A stretch of DNA of 54,309 bases, filler included, from Basidioascus undulatus (lineage: Eukaryota): NCBI GenBank assembly GCA_000826855.1. It is 3 parts of 3 records of this genome, joined end to end, with 100 filler letters (N's around TTAATTAATTAA, not from the genome) between each part and the next. Parts side by side here need not be neighbours in the genome. Positions count along the whole stretch, not along the records: positions 1 to 31,730 come from JTLS01000103.1; 2 more parts are not named here. The stretch is one strand, 5' to 3'. Both the position numbers and the translations under genes were made by a program. The notes beneath the pieces are model-generated. The model made no database searches and was not told the origin of the DNA. It saw only the letters and a program-made list of their open reading frames with translations. The stretch's first letter is position 1, and every line of letters begins with the position of its first letter. Below, piece by piece: positions 13,519-25,600 of the stretch.

Positions 13519-15209
13519 CTACTCTCCAAGCCGCATCCGCCACCCCACTAGCCACGCAAGGCTTCCTGTGCGTTCTGCATCCGCATGCGAGCTGGACGGT
13601 CGGCGGGATGGGAGGAGGTAGAGGATGAGGATGCGCAGTCGGCGCAAGAGCCGGAAAAACCACGTTTCGGACAGGACGATTTTGGCAAGAAAGTTGTTGA
13701 TTCTTCACCTCAGAATGTCAGCACCGCCCTGGTCATCGGACGAGAAAGAAACGGAAAGCGCACCCGACGATCCGCTTGATGCGGGGCAGTCGCTGCGCAG
13801 CGTACCACTCGAGTCCGCGTGGGGGAGAGGAAGAAGGAGGGAAGAGAGCGTTGGAGAGGACGAGGGCGTCTGTGGGAGGGATGATCTCAGCGGGCTGAGG
13901 GAGTACGTGCGCTGAGAAAGGCGTACCTTCCAGACCGCTGTTGCAGCCCTGTCCCATCATTGGCAACATCGGGTGCGCCGCGTCGCCGATGAGCACCGCC
14001 GTCTGGGACGCGTTGGAAAGGCGCGAGTAGAAGCGATGAAGTAGCGGGACTTTGACCATGCGCTGTATGAAGACGAATGCACTTGCGATGAGCTGCGCAC
14101 GAAGCAAGGGCGATGATGAACGTGCGTACCTCACGGTCTGTGTTGGCCAGAATGCCAGTAAACCCGCCTGGCAGCGCATGCCAAGTGTCCCGAAAATGCT
14201 CAAGCGAGGCGTCTCGAGAATCGGGCGTAAATCCGGGTGCCCAAGTCGTGCCCCGCGGGTGCGGCGAGGGTTGCATGGTGATCCAGAACTGCGGGCTAGT
14301 GAGCAATGCACGACGGGGAACAAGCGGAGCCAGGGGTATACCTGCTTGTGATCGGGAAGGGACCATGTAGCCACCGATCCCTGTTGGTGGGAAGTCAGTA
14401 GAATGAGGGTGGATATGAGGGTAAGAGAAAGGACGCACTACGCCAGAACTATGAGGAATGGAGCGCATGATGCGCTCGTCCTCCTCTCGCGTTCCCGGGA
14501 TCGGGTTCGAGACGCCGTATACGCTGTGTCAAAGGGTCAGCCTTTTCCTAATACGCAGACCGTAAGACGTATTTACACCTCGCAGCCGGAGAAGAAGGGT
14601 TCCATCCCTTCGCCTAGCACAAAACTGCGGACCTTACTCCGCACACCGTCCGCGCCAACGACGAGGTCGGCCTTGATCTCCTGGCCGCTGTCCAGGCGCA
14701 CGAGCACCCCTCCCTTCTCCCCTTCCTCTGCCGACTTGAACCGGGCGCCCCAGCACACGTCTATCTGCCCCGTATTGCGCCGCTCAACTTCGGACAGAAG
14801 GAGTCCCACGAGCGCGCGGCGCTCCAGAAGGAGGTTCGGGAAGCCGAATCGCCGCTCTGGGAGCGCGTCGGTAGAGAAGATGGAAGGGGTGAGGTGCGCG
14901 TAGCGCGCACGCAGTGGGGCGCCAAGGGATGCGAGGGATGAGAAGGGGAGAACTTGAGAGAGGACGGATAGACCGTTTGGGGTGAGGCCGAGTGCGGCGC
15001 CCAACTGCACCGACGGCGAGGGAGAGGCGTCGATGAGAGTCAGGTGCAGCAAGGCGGGCGAGCGGGGATGGGAGAGGAGGCAGAGCGCGAAGCTGCGGGG
15101 AGTCGTGAGCCAGCAAAAAGCACGCATTGCGGATAGGAATAACAAACGTGAGCCCCGCCGGACCAAGGCCAACAATCACGATGTGCTCTGGGGTTTGAGG
15201 AGCGGACAT
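13519..15209 (-). CDS. FAD-dependent monooxygenase (class A flavoprotein, aromatic hydroxylase-like), multi-exon
   Basis: IVIVGLGPAGL (GxGxxG), ADLVVGADGVRSKVR (DG motif) and LIGDAAHPMLPMMGQGCNSGLED (GD motif). Last exon INNFLAKIVL...RLGE ends in TAG at 13519. Confidence 0.85.
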
Positions 15210-17107
15210 GACGAGTAAAAGCGACGATTGAGACAATCCAAGTAACCGGCTGTCGAGCCGAGTGATGTCTCGTTTGTCAGCGCGTTGGGGACGTGAGAGA
15301 ACGAGTTTGTGGTGAGCGTGGTGAGTGTGGTGAGCGTCAGAGCGAAAGAAGGAGAACGCTGCGGCGCCGCTGCTAGCGGGATGGCCTGGAAGTGTGCAGA
15401 GCTCGCGGGGCGGCCGGCCAGCGTTCGACATGAAGGTGCCAGACTGCGTTTCTGCACCGCTGCCTTCCTCGACATTAAAATCTGTGTACGATGTCTGGCG
15501 CGCCTATGTATGCGGTTGATCCTGAAGAGGGCGAAGCAAGGCAGAGGGCAGTTGACCGGTTTGAAAAGAGTGAGACGGTCAACGTTCGACCGCGACGTTT
15601 GACGGCTGATAGCCTCCCTCGGCTAACTCGGAGGTAACACGGCTAGTCTACTGTAACGATGCACTGCATGCTGGCTCTCTTCCTTTCACCTTCACCATTC
15701 CGTTCTCATTACCACCTCAATATCAAAACCACACCTCAGGAGACAATGACTTGAGAGCAAATCGCCAAAACACAGCCTGCCCGCGTATTGAACGCGACGC
15801 GTGCCGCCACGCCGCTGCCAGAGGGTCTGCTCGCCCACCTTCCCCGAGATGTCGTCCGACCGCTGACAGCGTCTCCAGGACTTGATACACGGTTACAGCG
15901 AGTTTACCTACTGAATTCATTTGACAACGTATGGCACAACGCCTTACATTCGTTCCGGTCTGAAATCTATATATTTCCGCGTACGGTTGGGTATTCATCA
16001 GCGCTGAATCCACCATACTGCTTCTCCAGCTGCAGTGGCAGAAGGACAAATACCACATAATACGTTGCTCGGCTCTCAACAAGCATTTTCGTTGATCACG
16101 CCAATTGGACACCCACTCAAAGTCTTCTCGAGCGGGTCGAAAGCCACCTCTTGATCAAAACCAATGAAATAGAGCCTGCGTCAGGATGAAACGAGCGCGC
16201 ACCACTGGCAGTCATCTTTAATCGTGGGTGACGGCTTCTGAGCGTTGACCCTGAAACGAATCCAAGCATAGAAAGATGTTGTCAACGGAAAATAATGATC
16301 TTGTATTCAATGAAACGAGGTGGCCTGTGCATCATGGAAACCCCTACAGATCGATTGAATTGGGGCAATGCAATAGTCCTGACTTTGCCTCCTCTCCTCT
16401 TTTTACCCCACCAGGGCGCGTCTCCGTCTTCAACCTTCCTCACTCTCCCATCTATTACTTCATCGGTTTGCAAAATTTAAATTGAAGCTATGTTTTCGAA
16501 GGACTCCCCAGATGCAACAATACAGGCCAAACGCGCAGTCAGTGTCCGGCTGTCGCTCTCCCCCCTGTCGAGGCAGGCCCCCGGCGCATGCCTCACGTCA
16601 ACTTGACGACTGAATTCGGCCTCGTTTGACGTTGCTACCGAGCTACCCCCTGGACGCTCTGGGATGACCATAAACAAATATCATAGTACCCAGAGTGGCA
16701 GGGTTTCGCACTATCAACATACTCGGTGGAAAGGAAACTTGCTGGCTGCCGAAGTTGAAGAAAATGTTTGCGTGTGCACGCTGCAGGACAGCCAGTCCCT
16801 TGCGCCATGTTGGGGTCCATGGCGGTCTTCTGTCCCTGCCTGTAACATTTCCTTAAAGCAGTTTTATTCCGTTCGAGGGGAGGCGGTGCCTTGCCCCTTT
16901 TGTTGCGAAAGCTGCCCTTCAGATGTCAGCTCCGCTCGTCTGCTCTCAGTTGTCAACCAGAGGAGGGCCAGGACCTCATCCGCTCGTTCCCATTATCAAT
17001 CCTCATCTCTCCCCCATCCAAGCTACGCTTCCAGCTTTCACCTTTGCACCATCTTTGCAAACAGCTTCTGCGGCATTCCTCCGGTCCCTCCACCCCCCTT
17101 GCCCACG

Positions 17108-17766
17108 ATGCGGCCGACACGCAGCATGACGCTTTTGCTCTGTTCATTCGCCGCAGTCCTTCTCTGCGTTGAGGGACAAGCCAGTGCACTACTCGACTCA
17201 GCTCGGGGGGAACAAGTCGCTCTTGACAATCGGAACCCAGTACACGACATCGTCGAGAAGTCAGTCAGAGGGCGCCCTGGCTCTGGGTGCGTCCCTTCAC
17301 GTTTGGGCTCTATACAACAACCCTGCTACGCCATGGACTGACGGAGCGTCGCGCACACAGGGACGCACTCTACTATGCACCTCCCTTCGTCCCATCTCCT
17401 AGACAACCCAGCAGCCACCGGGCCGCTTTGTACATAGCGAGCGCGTACTTGATATCGTAGAAGGATCCGTCAACGCATCGCCCGGGTGAGGAACATTCTT
17501 GTTGATGATATCGTGGCTTGTCGAACAGGAGCGACATGAGGAGCAACATGGATAGACTCCCGGCCTATTACTCCACCCCGTTTTCGTCAAGATCAACGCG
17601 GCAGGACTTTGAGGAGGGTGCAGGCGTCGAATCACTTGTGAGAGGGCCCGGAGAGCGGAGTCGGTGGCGGTGTAGGCAGGCGGGACAAAGTCATGAGGCA
17701 GTTGGGCAAGAGGCAAGCACTATGAGAGGGTTGATCCTATGCATATACCCTTGGGGAATATCGTGA
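17108..17766 (+). CDS. Small putatively secreted protein with an internal duplication; possibly frameshifted
   Basis: Signal-peptide-like MRPTRSMTLLLCSFAAVLLCVEG. Putative introns 17287-17360 and 17486-17528. Repeated VHDIVEKSVRGRPG / VLDIVEGSVNASPG. Confidence 0.4.
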
Positions 17767-18065
17767 CACGAAGCACAGACAGAGTGGGGAAAGGAGTCGT
17801 GCTGCCATGCGGTGCCTCGCCCTCACCGTCCGTTCCCTATCTTTCAGGTACTCCCGGATCATTTAAGTCCAAACGGTGAGTTGTTGTATCCTTTCTAATG
17901 GGGTCAAGAACCGATCGAGTAATTCTGCGGGAACTCTATCGCTGTCGACGGCGTGGAACTCTGCCGAAATTGAGGTCATTGTTGCTGCAGCTCCGTTCAC
18001 GTCTCCTCCTTCCGAGGCCGATGCTCTTCGATTTCCCCATTCTGCCAGAAGCCGTATACGCTTCA

Positions 18066-19042
18066 ATGGCTACGTTTACCGCCCATCCTCTCCGTCTCCG
18101 CTCCGGCAAGTTACTCCATCTCCAGCTGTACACGCCGGCCAGCCCGGCAACGCCGCACCTGCCTCCTCTGGTGTGTCTTCACGGCCTCGGCAGCTCCGCC
18201 TCGTCATGGACCGCAGCGATAAGGAGCTCAAGGGTCAAAGATCGTCGCGTCGTGGCGGCCTATGACTGTGATGGTCACGGTAACAGCCCCTTGAGCTCGG
18301 TATCGAGCGGCCTGAGCATCGCGTCTATGGTCGAGGATTTGGGAGAGGTCATGGACGCGCTGAATGCTGGAGTCGCTTCTCTAGCTGGGCAATCGATGGG
18401 AGCTGTGAGTATATCCCCCCAGTGTCCCACAAAGTTTCCCATAGAACTGTGCCCAATAACTCATCGCGTCCAGCTGATAGCCAGCACCTTCGCTGTCCAG
18501 CACCCTACCAGGGTGGACAAGCTTTGTGAGCGTCGTTTCTTTGCATGTCGTCTGATTCCCTAGCTGATAAAGTTAATATATCCTTGCATCCAGTCCTCCT
18601 GAACCCCATCTTCTTCCTCGACGCCAATACGCGCTCGTTGCTTGCCGCGCGCGCTGTGGACTTCCTCAAGCCGAACGGGCCGGCCTCGCTCGCGTTCGCA
18701 ATCTCGACGCAGGCCGTTGCGGCAAGAACCCGGGTCTCGCGTCCCCTTTCTGTGGCCTTTATTAGACAGCTCGTCTTGTCCACGCCCCCACAAGGCTACG
18801 CCACGGCTTGTACCGCGCTGGCTATGACGAGTGGCACGGCGGCGCCCAACTGGGAGCGCATTACAGCCGCCGTCACGGTGGTTGGGGGAGAGGAGGACTA
18901 CTTTACCAAGAGCGATGACGTTCGTGAGTGGGGTGAAAAGAAAAGGGGGGCACGTGTGGAGATGCTGGAACACGTCGGCCATTGGGCGGCAATCGAGGCA
19001 CCGGAGGAGGTGGGGAAGCTGTTGAGCGAGGCCATTAGGTGA
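18066..19042 (+). CDS. Alpha/beta hydrolase (Abhydrolase_1/6, enol-lactonase-like), 3 exons
   Basis: LVCLHGLG, YDCDGHGNS, nucleophile elbow GQSMG, GGEED acid and VGHW catalytic His. Two short GT-AG introns. Confidence 0.85.
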
Positions 19043-19977
19043 CTGTCGCTCGGTTGAAGTCCGCCTTAATTTAAGCTATGAAACGTCTAGTACTTCTTCT
19101 ATCTTTTAAATTTGTGTTTGGGACTCCTGTTAGCGAGAATCATCACCGGCCATGGAACCGCCAGACCGACAACGGGAAGCAACCTCCCACCTCTCCACCA
19201 ACTGCCGCGCATTCCCTGGCCGCTGAATTATGTTGGGTTCAGCAAGTGGATATAATTGTGTTCTACTCTCCTGGACTGCCCGGTTCCGCCATTGCTTACC
19301 TAGATAAACCACAGAGACAGCAGTCGGTGCAGACTTTTGCGCCGAAATGGCCAAGAGAAACCGTCTTTCTGAATACTTAGGTCACAGCACATGACAAGAA
19401 ATATTTTGTATTGAACCTAGGTAATATATATAAAAGAGTACGCTTGCGTGCGGCTGCCACAGCGGTAAAAACTGTCTTCCGGTGTGTCTCACTGCCTGCT
19501 TTGCTGCAGCCACCATGACCGTGTCAGCTCAAGGTCATATTTGCGGAATGTTCGTAGGTAGGTTCATGGAATTTTAGCCACTGAATAGCAATTCACACCC
19601 TTGTCAGGATGAGCTGCACGGCCAAGGCTGCATCCCACCCGGGAGCTGAGTGCTTCAAGCCCAGCTTTGTGCCAGATTTTTGACCAAACTCATTCTGCTA
19701 CTACATAAATTTAGTTTTGTTGAAGTTCTAACTCTGTAGTGCCATCACGCAGTTCTCAAGGCCTCGTTTCTCGGCAGCCTACGACGTCGGAGAGGGATGG
19801 CGCGAAGTGCTGGCTGTTATGCAAAACGGACATTCGCGGGCTGCCTTTCTATGCGGTTATCTGCACGCACCCTCTCAATTTCTCTTGACCTGAGCCACCA
19901 CGTTCTCCTTAAACCTCTCTGATTCTTCCTTCCCCTGCTCGCGAGTATGTGTTGCTTCCATCACAAAGATAGCAAGT

Positions 19978-21866
19978 ATGTCCAACTGGCGTGGCCACCC
20001 AGTCACACCCTCCCTCGCTGTTGAGTTTTGGGTAGTCTTGGATTTATTGGGTGTTAAGGCTCTGCTCACAACAGGTGGAGCCTGGTACAGGAGAAAATCA
20101 TCGGGTTCCTACCGCGTAGCGAGCAACTCAGCTGTGCACTCGTCAACAAGCGCTTCGGATCGGCAGTCCAGAGCCACATCGTCGCTCCCTTGTCCTTTCA
20201 CCGCCGACGTGCGAGTGCAAGCTCAAGCGCTATCTTCGTAGCGTGGAGGCGGGCGAGCGCAGAGAGTACCTGGCGGGGCTTACTTGGCGTAAGTCATGCG
20301 GAGAGCTCTAGAACATCGCGAAGACGCTCTCCACTGACTTGCAGGTTGAGGAAAGGCGTCAAGATCTGCTTGTCCTCCGGACCGTTCGGGCGGCGGCTTC
20401 CGCAGCAGACGAGCGTGGAGGCTCTGTTCGACACGGCCGACTTCAACGAGACGATCGGTCGGCTCATCAAGCTGTGGACGAACATGCGTTCCTTCGAGGT
20501 ACATCGCTTGGACTTTGGTGCTTTTTCCTGGCCAGGAGTTGAACTATGTTGGCCTAATTGCCCAGTGGATCGTACCAAGGAAGGCGCTGTCCGACGCCAA
20601 CATGCGCATGCTCGCGTCACACCCTACGCTCGAGGCGCTCTCAGTCGCTCCTCAGTTCGACCGCACATCCCTCTTCCTGGTCACTAACCTTCGCCCATTG
20701 GGCATTGGCTCAACCAAGGTTTTTGGGAATAAGGGCCTGGCGGGGTAATCGCGAGCAACCCGGGGCCGAAGGAGATCCAGGTGCGGCGACTCGCGACTGT
20801 TTCGAATTGCCTCTTGACTGCAAAGAACCGCGTAAAGGATTTGCCTCGTATTTCTTCAGGTCAACCACATCCGCCTCCCCCCTCCAGGCGACAAGCTCGG
20901 CCTCTACCACGGCCTCAAGCACTCGCTGCCGACACTGTCATCCAAGTCGACGACGTCGCCGTCAACGACGGCGGCCTCATCCGCCTCTGCAGCGAGACGA
21001 GCAGCTTCCGGAACCTCTGTGGTCAGGGTATCAGGTTGGGCCCGAAGTGGTTCAAGGTGCGTGTGCCCGCCCGGTAGCCATCGTTCATCAACATTGTTAC
21101 TCCGCAGTTCGCGACGTCCTTCGTCATTTCGCACACCCTCACGTCCTCGACCTCATCATGCCCGCTTCCCGGCTCGACACGTGGTACGCCCTGGCTGGTC
21201 TCGTTGCTCGTACCTACAGCCGCCTTCGGGACTTGTGGCTCACCGCGACCGCGCCGACGGCTGGCACATCGCGCTCCGCCAAGCACGCCCACTTGCCCGC
21301 TGCTCAGGCCGACACACTCGCCAAAGCTATCGCCGGTAACAAGTACAGTCGGAGCATCCTCAACCTCGTCTTCAACGTCGGTCCGCTTGGCGGCCCCGAG
21401 ATTCTGGCGATCGGAAATGCCTGCCCGGTGCTCAACCACTTCTCTTTCTCCCTGGCTACGCGGCTGCGGCTGGTGCGTCGTCAGTGTGCCTCAGCTTACC
21501 CGGATTTTATGAATTCTCACCTATATTGACGCTTCATATCCCCAGAAATTGTCCGCCTCCGCTCTAACCGGCTTCCAACGCCTCTCTAAGCTGCACAACT
21601 CTCCCCACTGGCCTGACGCCAACGAGCGGGAAATCGAACGGGCCCGCAACCGATCCATTACCCTGGATGGGTCCTGCTTTCTTCGCTCGAGAAGTCGAGG
21701 TTGCGGATCGAGAGTCCTGCGTTCGTGCAAAGCCGCTGCGGCCGAGCTCCGCATAGTCTCGTATGGAAGCGACTGGACGATGGAGGTGCGTCCTAGGCGT
21801 CCCAACCGACAGGAGTTGCACCCCGCTGATGAGGCGGTGGGGGTGGTTCCCGGTAAAGACCTTTGA
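19978..21866 (+). pseudogene. F-box/LRR (RNI-like) protein, probably degenerate
   Basis: F-box-like SLAVEFW|WSLVQEKIIGFLPRSEQLSCALVNKRF and LRR-like segments (HPTLEALSV, YSRLRDLWL, ACPVLNHFSF). Frames are hard to reconcile at ~20740-20930 and ~21100. Confidence 0.5.
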
Positions 21867-22671
21867 GACACGGCCAGTGATATACCACGTGCGGGAGTAC
21901 GTCGAGCCGGACGAGACGGACGACAACGAGAACGGCGGGCTGCGCAAGGGTGAAGACCGCACAATTTCATAGCTACTTTAAGGGAAACTTTCTCTGTTAT
22001 ACCTTCTTGTTTGATCCACGTACTTTGAAGGTAACAAAACATTGCATCGCCAATGATCGCGATGTCAATCTTGAGCGACCTGACCCGCTGCCTGACTCGC
22101 CCAGTGAAAGTGAGGCCTAAGCATTGCGAGAGCCGCTGAGTAGAGGCCGATCAAATCGAAGACCGATGTGCCCTTAATCCCTTCAGAACTATCTTCAGTC
22201 CGATGAAGCGAGACGAGTGCGTTGACGACGGAGATGAGTGATGTTACGCGCATCCGCCACTGCGAGAACTTCGCGATTCCGAGGGTTACCGAAGGATCAA
22301 ACGGTTCCAGGAGTTTCATAAGCCCATAGAATCTGTAAAAAGTATAAAATCGAAATACTTCTTTGTATGGGGAGGGCGTATTCCTTCCAACAACACTGCG
22401 GAGGGTGGAGGTCGAGCGAACGCCGATCTGCCCAGCCGTCTTCTTTTCACGTTTGTCATTGTATGCAGGCCGGAACTCCACTGTTAAACCTATTACAGTT
22501 AGAGCTCTATTTTTAATGATGCAGCTATATGCATGGCTGCAGCGGTCGTCTGGTTATCAGGCAGTGCTCTTTGACGCAATTTCGCTGACGTCCCTCGCAA
22601 TTATCGCGGAGCCGCGTGTTGACGGCAATCTCCCTTTGTTTCAGTACTTCCGCATTCGTCCTCTCAGCTCG

Positions 22672-25600
22672 ATGCTGCTTTCCCCTCGGCCTCTCACTCT
22701 CTACCGCACCTGCATCAGAACCCTCCCCGAACCCACAGTCTGCATCACCCGCGCGGCCACCCGCTTCATGTCCTCCTCCTTGGCTCACCCCTCCTGGGAC
22801 CCCACCTCCGCGCGCTACCCGCCCGCGCGGCGCGACGAGGCGTCCGAGCATGTCTACAAGTCTGCGAAGCACGGAGAGGTCACCGTGAAGGACCCATACG
22901 TGTGGCTTGAGACGCCCCCGAGTGAGAGCGCGGAGACGAAGGAGTGGGTGGACAAGCAAGTGCGTTGCCCTCCGAGGTGGGGAGAAGGAGCTGAGGAAGC
23001 GGCTGATGAGAGGAGGTGGGCGGGGACAGGTCGAACTGTTCAGCCAGTATGTGGAAAAGGCGGAGGATATCGAGAAGTTTAAGGAGAGCTTGACGAGGGT
23101 CTGGAACTACCGCAAGGCGAGTTCGCTTCGACAGCAGTCAGATGGACCAGGGATGCTGATGATCGGTGGATGGCGCGCGACAGTTCTCCGCCCCATCGCT
23201 GCAGGAGGACGGGCGCTACTAGTGCGTGGTGTGGTTGCTCATGTTGGTCAAAGCAGTTCCAACTGAGGCGGCGGTGTTGGTGCTGGCGCAGCTGGAACGA
23301 GAACACCGGTCTGCAGCCACAGTCTGCGCTCTGGCGCTCTAAGGGCAAGCAGCTCACGTTCGACAAGGATGGAAAGCTCGAGGGCGAGGTGTTCTTCGAC
23401 GTGCGCTCCGTCCCCTCTCCCCATCTCCATCCCTCCGGCTGAAATGAGCGCTCGCGTGTGTCCAGCCCAACGCCCTCAGCAAGGATGGCACGGTCTCGCT
23501 CGCGAACATGTCGTTCTCCAAGCAGGGCAACTACTTCGTGCGTGAACTTCCCCTTCTTTTCTTCTTCAATCGGAGAACGGCACAATGACCATACTTGGCT
23601 GTCGGTTCGGAACAGGGGTATGGGATCTCCAAGTCGGGCTCTGACTGGGTGTGTTTTCCCACTGTCATTATCCCCACCGTAACTTAAACTGAACGTCATG
23701 CCCCCAGACCACCATCTACGTCCGCCCGACGTGCGTCTCTTCTTCGCTGCGTCTTGCGTAGATCAGATCTCTTTCACTTCGCTGATTACGCACGCACGTG
23801 TCCAGGTCCGCCCCCTTCCCGCCCAAGGAGGGCGTGTCCCACAACGAGGACACCACGCGCCTCGGCGAGGAGCTCAACTTCATCAAGGTCCGTCTGTACT
23901 TCCACCGTCTGAGCAGGATGCGAGAACTGACCTTCCGGAACCCCCGCAGTTCTCGTCGATTGGCTGGACTGCGGACGAGTAGGTCGTCATGCTCGTTAGG
24001 GAGAATACTTGGAGATTTCGGCTCTGATGCGGGACCTGTGATCTTCCAGGAAGGGGTTCTTCTACCAACGCTAGTCCGTTTGCCCTCGATATGAGGAGGC
24101 GTGCGGTTCTGATACTTTGCTTTGCGGAACAGCCCCGAGCAGATCGCGCCTTCCGGCGCAGCCGGCACCGAAACGAAATCTAACGAGAACGCGAAGGTTC
24201 GCCTTCCTGTTAGTTCTTCTCCGCGGGCGACACCGGTGCTGAAGAGTCTTGAAACGCACAGCTGTACTACCACCGCATCGGGACTCCTCAAGGTGGGGAT
24301 TGCGATGGTGCATACCGCTCTGGGCTGACCTCGTATACTGACCCGGCACGGATTGGAATTGTAGAGCAAGACGTGCTTATCATCGAGGACCCGGAGCACC
24401 CGCAGTACATGTGGGGCTCGGCTGCGACGAAGGACGGGCGCTGGGGTGCGTCTTGGTTTCCGCTTAGAGTGCGTTGCAGCGGTTTGCTGACGGAGAATGA
24501 GGGACAGTCATGGTCACTGTGTCGAAGGTCCGGACCTCCGCAGAAACGTCTACATGCAAGGTCAGTGTGCTGATGAGATTTTTTGGATGTGCAACAGGAC
24601 ACGAGTCGCAGCAACCTGCTCTGGCTCGCGGATTTGCACGCCCCGGCTAACAAGGAGATCGGCCCGAACATGAAGTGGATCAAGTGCGTTTGGCTTGCCG
24701 TTGCTGGTTGATCCGCTTAGGACGATGCTGACGCGCTCGCCGGGCTTTTGATAGGGTCGTCAACCAGTGGGGACCTGAGTGCGTTGCTGTCCATAGCCGT
24801 GGGCAGAGGTTCTGGAGCGTGAAGGGCTAAACGATGTTGATATACCAGGTTCGGCCCGATCTGCAACGACGATGCGCTGTTTTACGTCCTTGTGCGTCCT
24901 TTCGAACAAGCGTCGTGTGACTCGATTAGCGCTCACACCCCAATACAGACGAACGAGGGCGCCAACAACTACAAGTGCGCATCCTTCGAGTCTGTGTCTC
25001 GAGACCGATAACTTATCCGACCCGTGGAAAACGCAGGATTGTCACCCTCGACGTGTCGGACCCCGAGAAGCCTGTCTGGAAGGAGCACATCCCTGAGGAC
25101 CCCGAGGCGTTCCTCGCCGACGTCCACCCTACCAACAAGGACAAGTGTGCGTCTGCGAATATCGCGCTGATTTCGTGCCCGAGCTAATGGGGAGGTGCAG
25201 TCGCTATTGTTTACTCCCGCGATGTCAAGGACGAGCTGTACCTTTACGATATGAAAACCGGCAAGAAGATCACCCGGCTCGTGGACGACTTCGTAAGCCC
25301 TTCCTGAGGTTCGCAGCGTCCCTTTCCCCTCTGAACTGACATATGTCCTTTTGTCACCAACCAACAGGTCGGCAGTATCGGCCAGATCTCGGGCAGGCGC
25401 GAGCACCCCGAGTTCTTCGTCTCCTTCTCCAACTTCATCACCCCCGGCGCGATTTACCACTACGACTTTGCGCGCCCCGCGGGACAGGAGATTGGTCTGT
25501 TCCGCAAGACGGTCGTTTCGGGGCTCGACGCGAAGGACTTCACGTCTGAGCAGGTGCGTGCCGGGCAGTTTGCGAGGCGCGGCCGATCAGGGATGGCAAG

